A stretch of 64,000 bases of DNA from a virus. How positions within the stretch are numbered: the first letter of the stretch is position 1; each line of letters starts with the position of its first letter. Location of the stretch: the IMG/VR virus record IMGVR_UViG_3300046779_001735, positions 1 through 64,000 of that record, one strand, 5' to 3'. Positions 48,659-58,263 of the stretch are shown piece by piece. The notes below the pieces were generated by a model. It did not search any database, was not told the DNA's origin, and was given only the letters and a program-made list of their open reading frames with translations. The position numbers were made by a program, and so were the translations under genes.

Positions 48659-48666
48659 GAGGTTGT

Positions 48667-49038
48667 ATGCGAGCCCGTGAATTTATCCGTGAAGCACAAA
48701 ATGCCAAACTCAGCAAGCGTAAACAATTTCCCACACGCGGTTTGCATATCTTCAGTGATGGTGACAAATGGAACAGCGATTACACACTTAATCGTGTGAT
48801 GATGGCCTTGGCCTCTACAGATGGCACATTTGTTCCTGAACTCAATCCACTTAGCTGGGTAGGCAAACATAAAACTGCACACCCATACACTGAAGAAGAA
48901 CAGCAGATGTTGAAAATGGCTTACAAAGCCGCAGGCGCAGACTGGCATGATCTTAACAAAGGTGATATGGAAAGCCAAGAAATGCCTGACACCGACAAGC
49001 AAAGTCCAATCAAAGCTTTCAAGGGATATCCACGATGA
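48667..49038 (+). CDS. Hypothetical protein (paralog A; putative internal head protein)
   Basis: GAGG Shine-Dalgarno; starts MRAREFIRE, ends DKQSPIKAFKGYPR. Confidence 0.75.
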   Translation: MRAREFIREAQNAKLSKRKQFPTRGLHIFSDGDKWNSDYTLNRVMMALASTDGTFVPELNPLSWVGKHKTAHPYTEEEQQMLKMAYKAAGADWHDLNKGDMESQEMPDTDKQSPIKAFKGYPR

Positions 49039-49421
49039 GAGCACGTGAATTCATACGTGAGCAACGCGATCTGCCACCAGAAACCAAAGAACCTTTAAAG
49101 AATACATTTGTATTACCAGGACTGAAATCATCTGATCCATACAACAACTATAGATTTGGCGTGGCCATTGCCCGAGCAAGAAGCGATGCTTCACCAGACG
49201 CAGTGAATGAATTTAGACCAGAATGGAGTGCTGAAACTCCTTTTGGTGAAAATGCAGTGATAGTAGGCTTCAATAACAACGTTGATCCCATAATTGATGC
49301 TGCACTTAAAATGACCAAGACACCTGGCGGCAAACGTTTGGTGTCAACCCCCCAAAGCCAAGAACCAGATTTTGTAGACAAACAGAGTCCAGTAAAGGCA
49401 TTCAAAGGATACCCTAGATAA
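49035..49421 (+). CDS. Hypothetical protein (paralog B; putative internal head protein)
   Basis: Starts MRAREFIRE, ends DKQSPVKAFKGYPR. Confidence 0.75.
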   Translation: MRAREFIREQRDLPPETKEPLKNTFVLPGLKSSDPYNNYRFGVAIARARSDASPDAVNEFRPEWSAETPFGENAVIVGFNNNVDPIIDAALKMTKTPGGKRLVSTPQSQEPDFVDKQSPVKAFKGYPR

Positions 49422-50992
49422 TGGCCTTTCCAGAACCCACAGAAGTGTCCCCTTGGTACCTGCGTAATATCACCCAGGCTCTTGAGTTAAACGCAGCCAC
49501 CGGGCAGGTGTTTGTACGTACCAACGCTGCTATTGTTGGCAATGTAAGTGTGGGCAACGTGGCCATTGGCAGTCTAGGCAACGTTGACATATCTGGCAAC
49601 ACACTGCCTATATCTGGCAACATTGTTGTATCCGGCGGAAACATAAATGCAAATGTGTCAGGTAATGTAGGTATCTTAGGCAACGTGAATGTCACACAAG
49701 GAACTGATCCTTGGATAGTATCCGGCAATGTTGGCATAAGTGGTAATGCAAATGTAGTGTTGGCCGATGATGCCAACGTGGTGATTTCTGGGTTCTCTGG
49801 TGCTGTGTCAGATGCTTTTGGTCGTTTGAGAGTGAGCGATCCTTATAGTCTTTTTGAAACTCAGGCACGTTATTTTGATCACAAACAGTTTGCCAACTCC
49901 ATATCCGGCACGGCTAATGTGGTTTATGTTCAAGATCAAAGTTCTTATCAATTAAATGTAGGACAGGTGTCAGGCGACAGTGTGATTAGAGAAACACTTA
50001 AACCGTTTCCTTATCAGCCTGGCAAAAGTCAACTTACACTAAACACTTTTTGCTTTGCAACACCCAAAATTGGCTTGCGTCAACGAGTGGGATTGTTTGA
50101 TGCCAATGATGGCGTGTATTTTGAAACCAGCGGAACCACAAACTATTTTGTCATACGTTCGGGATCTACTGGTGTTGAAGAACGCATCGCTCAGAGTGCA
50201 TGGAATGTGGATAGACTGAATCCCAGTCTGGGTCTCAACCCCAGTGGGTACACATTGTCAGTTGATCGCACACAGATCATGTTTGCTGATGTAGAATGGC
50301 TGGGCGTGGGATCAGTGCGTGTGGGGTTTGTGATTAATGGCGCATACTTAATTTGTCACCAGTTCAATCATGCTAATCAACCAGGCAATACCAAGGTTTA
50401 CATGACCACAGCCACACTGCCCATTCGTTATGAAATAACCAATACAGCCAATACCACCAGTGTGAGTCAACTGACACAGATCTGTAGTACGGTGATATCC
50501 GAAGGTGGTTTTCAATTGGCAGGATCAGGAAACCCTCGTGCAGCATCACATGATATTGCAACGCCGGTAAGATTGCCTAACGATCTAAGTTTCAAGCCAG
50601 TGATTGCCATACGTTTGAAAAGCACTAATTTAAATGCTGTGGTCATACCTATAAATTATTCTCTAGTGCCTACCGCTGGTAGTATCTTCCAGTTCCGTGT
50701 GTATAAAAAAGCCATTACGTCTGGCGGCAGCTGGGTAGATTCGGCGGCTGATAGTTCGGTACAATACAATCTTGCACCTACTGCCTTGGTATCCGGAGAC
50801 ATTGCCGAACAATCATTCATAAACTCAACTAATCAAAGTACTGGAGCACCTACTCAAGAAAGATTCACCTTTGAATATCAGCTGGAGCGGGATCCATTTA
50901 CCGGAGTGCCGTATGAGTATGTGATAACCATGGCTACCACAGGTACCAATCAAGACGTATATGCCAGCGTGGAGTGGCAGGAGATCACCTAA
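49421..50992 (+). CDS. Virion structural protein with beta-sandwich/lectin-like domain
   Basis: GNV repeats followed by DAFGRLRVS, YQPGKS, EWLGVG.VR.GF motifs. Confidence 0.7.
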   Translation: MAFPEPTEVSPWYLRNITQALELNAATGQVFVRTNAAIVGNVSVGNVAIGSLGNVDISGNTLPISGNIVVSGGNINANVSGNVGILGNVNVTQGTDPWIVSGNVGISGNANVVLADDANVVISGFSGAVSDAFGRLRVSDPYSLFETQARYFDHKQFANSISGTANVVYVQDQSSYQLNVGQVSGDSVIRETLKPFPYQPGKSQLTLNTFCFATPKIGLRQRVGLFDANDGVYFETSGTTNYFVIRSGSTGVEERIAQSAWNVDRLNPSLGLNPSGYTLSVDRTQIMFADVEWLGVGSVRVGFVINGAYLICHQFNHANQPGNTKVYMTTATLPIRYEITNTANTTSVSQLTQICSTVISEGGFQLAGSGNPRAASHDIATPVRLPNDLSFKPVIAIRLKSTNLNAVVIPINYSLVPTAGSIFQFRVYKKAITSGGSWVDSAADSSVQYNLAPTALVSGDIAEQSFINSTNQSTGAPTQERFTFEYQLERDPFTGVPYEYVITMATTGTNQDVYASVEWQEIT

Positions 50993-51427
50993 ATGAAAAA
51001 ATTATTTTTAACCCTATTGTTATTGCCTACACTGGCATTTGCACAAAAATCGCCACAAGGTGTTACATATGATGCAACAGTTATTCGTGTGAACGATGGA
51101 GATACAGTGGTCATATCAGCGCCTTTTTTACCTGCACCATTAAAGCCTGAACTGGCAGTTCGTGTATATGGTGTTGATACCCCAGAAAAAGGTCATCGCG
51201 CTCAATGTCCAAGCGAAGATCAACGTGGACAAGCTGCTACTGCGTTTACTAAAAATGCTGTAGCAAAAAGTCTAAAGCGTCAAATAATACTTTACGGTTG
51301 GGATAAGTTTGGTGGTCGTGTGCTGGGTGACATGATCCTAGACGGTCAAAGTCTACGTATGATGCTTATCGCCAATGGTTTTGCACGTGAGTACTATGGC
51401 GAAGCCAAACAATCGTGGTGTCAATGA
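50993..51427 (+). CDS. Thermonuclease (SNase family) with signal peptide
   Basis: MKKLFLTLLLLPTLAFA signal; RVNDGDTV, VRVYGVDTPE, DKFGGRVLG, G.AR.Y. Confidence 0.9.
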   Translation: MKKLFLTLLLLPTLAFAQKSPQGVTYDATVIRVNDGDTVVISAPFLPAPLKPELAVRVYGVDTPEKGHRAQCPSEDQRGQAATAFTKNAVAKSLKRQIILYGWDKFGGRVLGDMILDGQSLRMMLIANGFAREYYGEAKQSWCQ

Positions 51428-51636
51428 CTCTAGAACGTCTACAACAGCTTAGTGGTGTAAAACCTTTTGGTAACGCAGCTCGAATGACTGCGTATGTGCC
51501 CGAAGGATCTAATATCAGTCTAACAGGTAATGAAAAAGCTGAATTACAACGCAAACACAATATTCAACCCGGTACTCCTGAATGGTTTCAACTCTGGTTC
51601 AGTTTGCCTTATCTAACTGGTGAACGCCCAATCTAA
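51424..51636 (+). CDS. Small hypothetical protein
   Basis: ATGA overlap; RLQQLSGV and NIQPGTPEWF.LWF motifs. Confidence 0.65.
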   Translation: MTLERLQQLSGVKPFGNAARMTAYVPEGSNISLTGNEKAELQRKHNIQPGTPEWFQLWFSLPYLTGERPI

Positions 51637-52759
51637 ACACTGTGCAGCACCATGGCGCGGCTTACACATCAATCCACGCGGTGATGTCAAGGTATGCTGT
51701 GCAGGTAATCCCAATATGCTGGGCAATCTTAACACGCAATCAATCACAGAAATTTTACAAAGCGACAGCCTTAAAGCAATCAGACAGAGTGTTCGTCAAG
51801 GCGTGTTGCCTGCTTATTGTGAAAACTGTATTAAGGTTGAAGAATATGGACCAAGTGAACGCAACTGGCACAACAGTCTAAGTCCTAACTTTGATCCCGC
51901 TACTGCTACAGACAATGATCATGTGCCTGTGCTTGCAGATCTTAGATGGAATATAACCTGTAACTTGAGCTGTAACTATTGCGATGAAAAGAGTTCTAGT
52001 CGTTGGGTTGCAATGAAAGCCATACCTTTCCGCAGTGGCGCACGTCCCTACTTTGAATCTGTGGTTGAGTACATACAACAACATCAAGAACATCTAAAAG
52101 AAGTGGCACTTGTAGGCGGTGAACCACTGTTGCTGCCAGAAAATGATAGGTTGTTGGATGTTGTTCCTGCTCATTGTGTGGTTACTTTGATCACCAATTT
52201 GTCTTGTAATCTAGATTCTAATTCTATTTTTCAAAAACTGTGTCAACGTGACAAAGTGGGCTGGAGTATTAGTTTTGATAATATCCAAGAAAGATTTGAA
52301 TATGTAAGATTTGGCGCCAAATGGACAGCGTTTGAAAACAATCTTGACAGGATTATAACCTTGATGCGCAGTCGTGAACAATGGGGCGGTATGCATGCTG
52401 TGTACAACATCTACAGCGCCACAAGATTAACAGAGCTTGTTCAGTATGCTCGAAACAAAGGTATTACCATGATGTGGCAACCATTACATCATCCAGACTA
52501 TCTTGATCCCAATAAACTTGGCAAAGAAATCAAACAGTTGGCACACAGCGAAATTCACGCAGTATTACAAAGCGGATTGTGTTTGCCAACGGAACAGGAT
52601 TTTTTGCAACAGGTATTGGCAAATCCTAGTCAAGATGATCTTAGACCTCAGTTTCGTCAACATATTGAAGCAATAGAAACAAAGTTTCATGTATCTACTC
52701 AAGGTCGTTTTGCACAGTTATGGCCGGAAATCGCACAACATCTTGGTCAAACGCAGTAA
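51620..52759 (+). CDS. Radical SAM protein with N-terminal SPASM/twitch-like domain
   Basis: CAAPW..GDVKVCC..CENC; CNLSCNYC; GGEPLL; ISFD..EYVR. Confidence 0.9.
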   Translation: MNAQSKHCAAPWRGLHINPRGDVKVCCAGNPNMLGNLNTQSITEILQSDSLKAIRQSVRQGVLPAYCENCIKVEEYGPSERNWHNSLSPNFDPATATDNDHVPVLADLRWNITCNLSCNYCDEKSSSRWVAMKAIPFRSGARPYFESVVEYIQQHQEHLKEVALVGGEPLLLPENDRLLDVVPAHCVVTLITNLSCNLDSNSIFQKLCQRDKVGWSISFDNIQERFEYVRFGAKWTAFENNLDRIITLMRSREQWGGMHAVYNIYSATRLTELVQYARNKGITMMWQPLHHPDYLDPNKLGKEIKQLAHSEIHAVLQSGLCLPTEQDFLQQVLANPSQDDLRPQFRQHIEAIETKFHVSTQGRFAQLWPEIAQHLGQTQ

Positions 52760-52767
52760 ATAGACCT

Positions 52768-54333
52768 ATGAGCACACTAGAAACCGTATTAATTAAGCCA
52801 GCACACAAGCCTATGATGTACAGCGAGCGAGAGCTCACTGATTTTGCAAAATGTGCTGATCCTAAAAGTGGTCCTCACTATTTCTTAGACAATTTTTTCT
52901 ATATTCAGCATCCTACGCAGGGTAGACTGCTACTACATCCATTTGAGTATCAACGACGCCTTGTTGACACTTATCATCATAATCGCTTTAGTATTTCCTT
53001 GATGCCTAGACAGACAGGTAAGAGTACCCTGGCTGCTGGATACCTACTCTGGTATGCTATGTTTATTCCAGACTCTACGATTCTAGTAGCTGCTCACAAA
53101 TATCTTGGTGCGCAGGAAATCATGCAGCGTGTGCGCTTTGGTTATGAATCTTGTCCAGATCACATTAGAGCAGGAGTTGTAAATTACAACAAAGGCTCAA
53201 TAGAATTTGAAAACGGTTCACGCATTGTGAGTCAAACCACAACCGAAAACACAGGTCGTGGTATGAGTATATCTTTGCTGTACTGTGATGAGTTTGCTTT
53301 TGTGCGCCCCACCATTGCCAAGGAATTCTGGACTTCTATTTCACCCACACTAGCAACTGGTGGTAAGGCAGTGATCACATCTACTCCAAACTCAGATGAA
53401 GATCAGTTTGCCTATATTTGGAAAGGGGCAAACAAGTGCGAAGATGAGTTTGGCAATCCCACTGAGCTTGGCATCAATGGGTTCAAAGCATTCAGAGCTA
53501 AATGGCAAGAACATCCAGATCGAGACCAATCCTGGGCCGATCAAATGCGAGCCCAGCTTGGCGAAGAGCGTTTTCGTCGCGAAATGGAATGTGAGTTCGT
53601 AATCGATGACGAAACCTTAATATCAGCAATCAAACTGCTGGACCTTGACGGCACCGAGCCCATACGCAAAACTGGACAAGTGCGCTGGTACAAACAGATT
53701 GACCCAAACAAAATTTATGTGGTAGGACTTGACCCAAGTCTGGGCACCGGCGGCGATCCTGCTGCGATACAGGTGTTTGAAGCAAATAGCACCATCCAGG
53801 TTGCTGAATGGCGACACAATCAAACTGACATCCCAGGGCAAGTGCGTATAATGGCAGGCATTATTGATGAAATCAATGAAGTGGTCAAAGATCCACAGTC
53901 AACCTACTACAGTGTGGAAAACAACACCATTGGTGAAGCTGCCTTGATATCAATTGCTGAATGGGGCGAAGAAAACATCCGGGGATATTTTCTAAGCGAT
54001 ACTAATAGTCCAGGCCAGCGTAGATTTCGTAAGGGCTTTAACACCACAAACAAAAGCAAGCTAGCTGCCTGCGCCAAGCTTAAAAACCTAGTAGAGTCTG
54101 GGCGCATGAAAATCATGAGCAGACCTTTAGTCAGCGAGCTAAAGACCTTTGTGGCTAACGGCAACAGCTACATGGCCAAGGCCGGTGAAACCGACGATCT
54201 TGTTATGAGTACAATTCTAGTGGTACGTATGCTGCAAACGCTACAGAGTTACCACAGCGAGCTTGATCAACAGATCCGGGATCATGGAGATGTGGTGATA
54301 GAACCCATGCCTTTCATAAGCCTAGCTCGCTAA
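52768..54333 (+). CDS. gp17: Terminase large subunit
   Basis: PRQTGKST (Walker A), LYCDEFAF (Walker B), ITSTPN, GLDPS, VENN, DDLVM. Confidence 0.96.
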   Translation: MSTLETVLIKPAHKPMMYSERELTDFAKCADPKSGPHYFLDNFFYIQHPTQGRLLLHPFEYQRRLVDTYHHNRFSISLMPRQTGKSTLAAGYLLWYAMFIPDSTILVAAHKYLGAQEIMQRVRFGYESCPDHIRAGVVNYNKGSIEFENGSRIVSQTTTENTGRGMSISLLYCDEFAFVRPTIAKEFWTSISPTLATGGKAVITSTPNSDEDQFAYIWKGANKCEDEFGNPTELGINGFKAFRAKWQEHPDRDQSWADQMRAQLGEERFRREMECEFVIDDETLISAIKLLDLDGTEPIRKTGQVRWYKQIDPNKIYVVGLDPSLGTGGDPAAIQVFEANSTIQVAEWRHNQTDIPGQVRIMAGIIDEINEVVKDPQSTYYSVENNTIGEAALISIAEWGEENIRGYFLSDTNSPGQRRFRKGFNTTNKSKLAACAKLKNLVESGRMKIMSRPLVSELKTFVANGNSYMAKAGETDDLVMSTILVVRMLQTLQSYHSELDQQIRDHGDVVIEPMPFISLAR

Positions 54334-54343
54334 ATATTACACT

Positions 54344-55753
54344 ATGAGCACATCCAATATTTCCACAGATCTGTATAACTTGTTGACTAGCCGAGGGCTA
54401 GATCCTGAAGTGCTTGATCCCAAAACAGGTAAAAATCCAGTAGATCCCAAGACTGGTGATGTTGATATCAACCAAGGTAAACTGTTTGTTTTTGATTGGG
54501 TAAGTTCGTCGGGCAAGGATTATGGCACAGCGGAAATCCTAATTGACAGCGACAACGTATTAAATCTTTACTTTGGTGACAATCTTGGGCGCAGCATGGA
54601 AGACCAGGACAAAGAAGAGTGGTTTCAATTTCTAAGGCACCTTAAAAAGTTTGCCAGCAAAAACTTCATGAACTTTACACCGCAAAATATCAATAGATTG
54701 AAGTTTGCTCTCAACAATCTTTCAACAATTCATGAAGGCTTATTTGAGAGCTACTATGGCACACGCAAGGTTAGTTACATGGGTGAATCTACACATGCTA
54801 GACTAGTGATCAAGCACAATCGCACACTGGGTGAGAATGATGCTAGATATCGCTATGTAGAAAGCTTATTCATTGAAACAGTTGACAGCGAGCGTTTCAA
54901 ATTACCATTTCGTAATCTTGCTGGTGGTAGAGCAATGCTAGAACATGTACGCCAAGGCGGCCGTCCTTATGATCCAAGAGGCACACACATTGCCCACATA
55001 GTTGAAAGTCTGTCAATTCTGTCAAGATTCCGCAAGGCCAGTCAAGGGCGGGTGCTTGAAGGACAGGCCGGGCAACTGGTGGAACATGGCAATCAACACT
55101 ATGACGCACTGCGTCAAAATCTAAAGAGTATACAGACCAGTCGTGGCTACAGTAGATATTTTGAAAGTTGGCAGCCTATGGAAATCAGCGCCGAAGACAC
55201 TTTAGTTGAAGAGGTGCGGCAACTGTTTATTGAACAAACACTTGATCAAAGAATTGAACAAGCACTTCCGCTGCTGGTTAGTTTACAACAACAAGAAACC
55301 ATGCCACGAGAAGCTGAAATTTTTGAAACTTGGGCTAGTCGCATGGTAGAAGGCACATGGCATACACCAGATACACCAGAAGCGCAACAACAGTTAATTG
55401 ATTTGCTGAGTAATGCCACATTGCCAGTTGGTGCAGATGCTGAAGTAGTTATATCACAGCTTGATGGCGTTCTTGGAGACGATGAATTATATGATCAACT
55501 GTTGACGTTAGCTGATAATGATCCAAATGCTGATGCCAAGCCCATGATAATGCAGCGCCTAGAACAAATGGCTGGTGATCCTGATATCAGTCAAGTATTG
55601 GTTAGTCTACAAAAGGCAAGCAAACAGCCTGAACCCGAAGTTGATGAGGCAGACAATCTTGCTACTTTTGAAGGTAATCCTGCTGAGACCGGCGTAAGCA
55701 TCATGAAAGAAACAGATCTGGCAACATTAAAAACGCTAATAGGCAAGATATAA
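54344..55753 (+). CDS. Hypothetical late protein
   Basis: 469-aa ORF with late promoter; acidic C-terminus. Confidence 0.75.
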   Translation: MSTSNISTDLYNLLTSRGLDPEVLDPKTGKNPVDPKTGDVDINQGKLFVFDWVSSSGKDYGTAEILIDSDNVLNLYFGDNLGRSMEDQDKEEWFQFLRHLKKFASKNFMNFTPQNINRLKFALNNLSTIHEGLFESYYGTRKVSYMGESTHARLVIKHNRTLGENDARYRYVESLFIETVDSERFKLPFRNLAGGRAMLEHVRQGGRPYDPRGTHIAHIVESLSILSRFRKASQGRVLEGQAGQLVEHGNQHYDALRQNLKSIQTSRGYSRYFESWQPMEISAEDTLVEEVRQLFIEQTLDQRIEQALPLLVSLQQQETMPREAEIFETWASRMVEGTWHTPDTPEAQQQLIDLLSNATLPVGADAEVVISQLDGVLGDDELYDQLLTLADNDPNADAKPMIMQRLEQMAGDPDISQVLVSLQKASKQPEPEVDEADNLATFEGNPAETGVSIMKETDLATLKTLIGKI

Positions 55754-55764
55754 GATAAATAAAT

Positions 55765-55793
55765 TTGACACAGAGGTAGAAAGCGCATATACT
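55765..55793 (+). promoter_or_regulatory. Sigma70 promoter for the gp32 operon
   Basis: TTGACA-17 nt-TATACT. Confidence 0.75.
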
Positions 55794-55813
55794 CCGTGTG
55801 TATGCGCTTTTTT
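55780..55813 (+). terminator. Rho-independent terminator overlapping the promoter -10 box
   Basis: AAAGCGCATATAC/GTGTATGCGCTTT followed by a T run. Confidence 0.75.
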
Positions 55814-55884
55814 ATTGACGTGTATAGGCATCATGCCGCAAGGCATATTAGGCAAATTTTAGGCATATCAAAGGAGAAACCATT

Positions 55885-56883
55885 ATGGCCTCATTAGCAG
55901 AAATCCGCGCACGACTCCAAGCCGCAGAGTCGAACAAAGGCGGTCAAACCGGCGGCGACAACGCAATTTTCCCACATTGGAACATAGCAGAAGGAACCAG
56001 CGCATTGGTGCGCTTTTTGCCAGACGGCAATTCCAAGAATACTTTTTTCTGGGTTGAGCGTGCTATGATTCGACTGCCATTTAATGGCGTCAAAGGCGAA
56101 GCAGACAGCAAACAAACCTATGTACAGGTACCCTGTGTTGAGATGTGGAACGAAGCCTGCCCAATCTTGGCAGAAGTGCGTCCTTGGTTCAAAGACAAGA
56201 GTCTTGAAGAACTAGGTCGTAAGTATTGGAAGAAGCGCAGCTATGTGTTTCAAGGATTTGTGCGTGAGAATCCACTAAGTGAAGACAAGACACCAGAGAA
56301 TCCAATTCGTAGATTCATTATTGGTCCTCAGATCTTTACAATCATCAAGGCAGCATTGATGGATACAGAACTAATTGAAATGCCAACTGACTACGCAGCT
56401 GGTCTAGACTTCCGCATTGCCAAGACACAAAAAGGCGGTTATGCTGACTACAACACTTCCAAGTGGAGCCGCAAAGAATCATCGCTCACCGCAGAAGAAG
56501 CAGAGGCAATAGAAAAGCATGGCCTATTTGATCTGGCCGGCTTTCTGCCCAAGAAGCCAGGTGAAGTTGAACTGCGTGTGATGAAAGAAATGTTCGAAGC
56601 AAGTGTAGATGGGCAGCCATTTGACATGGAACGTTGGGGTCAGTACTATCGTCCAGCGGGCATGGCAGCACCTAGCGGTGCCACTGACGCAGACGAAGAC
56701 ACTCCGGTGTCACGCGGAGGTGGAGGTGTGCAATCAAAAGTTGCTAGTCCTGCAGTCACAGCCGCTGTTGATGAAGAAGAAGACGTACCAGCAGCTACAG
56801 CACCAGTGGTAACACCTGCTGCGGGCGGCAACAAGGCCGAAGATATCTTGGCCATGATTCGGGCACGTCAAAAGTCTAGTTAA
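55885..56883 (+). CDS. gp32: Single-stranded DNA-binding protein (gp32-like)
   Basis: VRFLP, CPI, RKYWKKRSY, GLDFRI.K..GGYADY..SKW; acidic low-complexity tail; AAGGAG. Confidence 0.88.
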   Translation: MASLAEIRARLQAAESNKGGQTGGDNAIFPHWNIAEGTSALVRFLPDGNSKNTFFWVERAMIRLPFNGVKGEADSKQTYVQVPCVEMWNEACPILAEVRPWFKDKSLEELGRKYWKKRSYVFQGFVRENPLSEDKTPENPIRRFIIGPQIFTIIKAALMDTELIEMPTDYAAGLDFRIAKTQKGGYADYNTSKWSRKESSLTAEEAEAIEKHGLFDLAGFLPKKPGEVELRVMKEMFEASVDGQPFDMERWGQYYRPAGMAAPSGATDADEDTPVSRGGGGVQSKVASPAVTAAVDEEEDVPAATAPVVTPAAGGNKAEDILAMIRARQKSS

Positions 56884-56885
56884 CA

Positions 56886-57668
56886 ATGTACGCACGCTTG
56901 GTCTGGCAACCATCTGGAGATAGTATCAAATTCCGTGTGGTCTGGCCAGACCTTTTTCTTTACTGGCTTGGACGTCTAGACTCATACAACAGTTTTGAGT
57001 GTGGTGTGAGTTCGGATGCTATAACCATTCGTGATAGTTTGCAGGCCAATGTTCATGCTATTCAAGCAGCACCACTAGGCTTGCCACCTTTGATCACTGA
57101 ATGGCCCACTGATTTGTTTGATCAAACGCAGTTGAATAAGCTGCATAGAGATTGGGTCGCAGCAGGACAACGCTGGTCCAAGCTGCCTTTGTTGTTACAA
57201 CAATTAAATCTAGAGTCTGCATGGCGTGGTATAAATCATGACATACATCGTCTTGAAGGATGTTTTACCTGGCAGTTTCAAAACTATCGCGTGCATCCAT
57301 GGCAAATACCCAATAAATTTGGTACTAAATTTTTAGACCACGCCACTAGTAATATCATGTTGGCATATGATAATCTTGGGCGTAGTAGTTGGGAAAAGTT
57401 TTGTAATCATGACACTGATGGGTTTGATGTTGATACCAATAACTTTGAAATGTTGAGTGGCAAATTAGAAATCACGTTGTCAAAGCCTATGATGTGGACT
57501 CGCCCGGAAAATTACAGCAATTGGTGTGCGTTACACAACGTGCCAGAAGTAGGCAGTAACATGCGAATTGGTAATTTTGATGATGATGTTAGAACCTTGA
57601 CCACACTTAGACATCTGTTTGTGCGCAACCAAAATGAACCCTCTAATACAATCTGTTTTGCAATATAG
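56886..57668 (+). CDS. Hypothetical protein
   Basis: 260-aa ORF with LN.LH..W and IN..IH.LE motifs. Confidence 0.7.
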   Translation: MYARLVWQPSGDSIKFRVVWPDLFLYWLGRLDSYNSFECGVSSDAITIRDSLQANVHAIQAAPLGLPPLITEWPTDLFDQTQLNKLHRDWVAAGQRWSKLPLLLQQLNLESAWRGINHDIHRLEGCFTWQFQNYRVHPWQIPNKFGTKFLDHATSNIMLAYDNLGRSSWEKFCNHDTDGFDVDTNNFEMLSGKLEITLSKPMMWTRPENYSNWCALHNVPEVGSNMRIGNFDDDVRTLTTLRHLFVRNQNEPSNTICFAI

Positions 57669-58263
57669 ACCCACTGACACCTGGATTCAAGTTCACAGCG
57701 GGTTGTCGTGGTTGGCACTAGATATTGATGTACCTTGTAAACAGATAGCACAGGAAGCAGCACAGATTTTTGATCAACGAGTAGAACACCGTGATCAAGA
57801 CAATGTGCTAGGCTACCATAATCAAGGTTGGCATAGTCTATGTTTGCATGGCGAGTCGGCCACTGCCACTAGCAGTGATCAAGGCACAATGTCCTGGACA
57901 CCAATTGCAGATAAATGTCCTGTGACCACAGAATTTGTACAAACCTATTGGGACACCGGAGTATGTGGGCGAATAAGATTCATGTGGCTAGCACCTGGAG
58001 GCTATATCATGCCACATCAAGATCGAAAAGATCCACAGTTATTCGAATGTAATATAGCGATTGAGCATCCGGACAACTGTAAAGTACAGTTTTTAGACTA
58101 CGGTCAAATACCTTTTGAGTCTGGTAGAGCATTTATCATAGATACCAGCCACAGACATTTTGCAATTAATCAATCTGATTCTTGGCGTCTGCACATGATT
58201 GTGCATGCTGATCTGAAGCCAGGCATCCTGCGTAGAAGTTATGAAAAAAGTTTTTATAGTTGA
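57634..58263 (+). CDS. Aspartyl/asparaginyl beta-hydroxylase-like 2OG-Fe(II) oxygenase
   Basis: GWHSLCL, RIRFM.LAPGG.I.PHQD, H.A.N.S...RLHMI. Confidence 0.85.
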   Translation: MNPLIQSVLQYRPTDTWIQVHSGLSWLALDIDVPCKQIAQEAAQIFDQRVEHRDQDNVLGYHNQGWHSLCLHGESATATSSDQGTMSWTPIADKCPVTTEFVQTYWDTGVCGRIRFMWLAPGGYIMPHQDRKDPQLFECNIAIEHPDNCKVQFLDYGQIPFESGRAFIIDTSHRHFAINQSDSWRLHMIVHADLKPGILRRSYEKSFYS

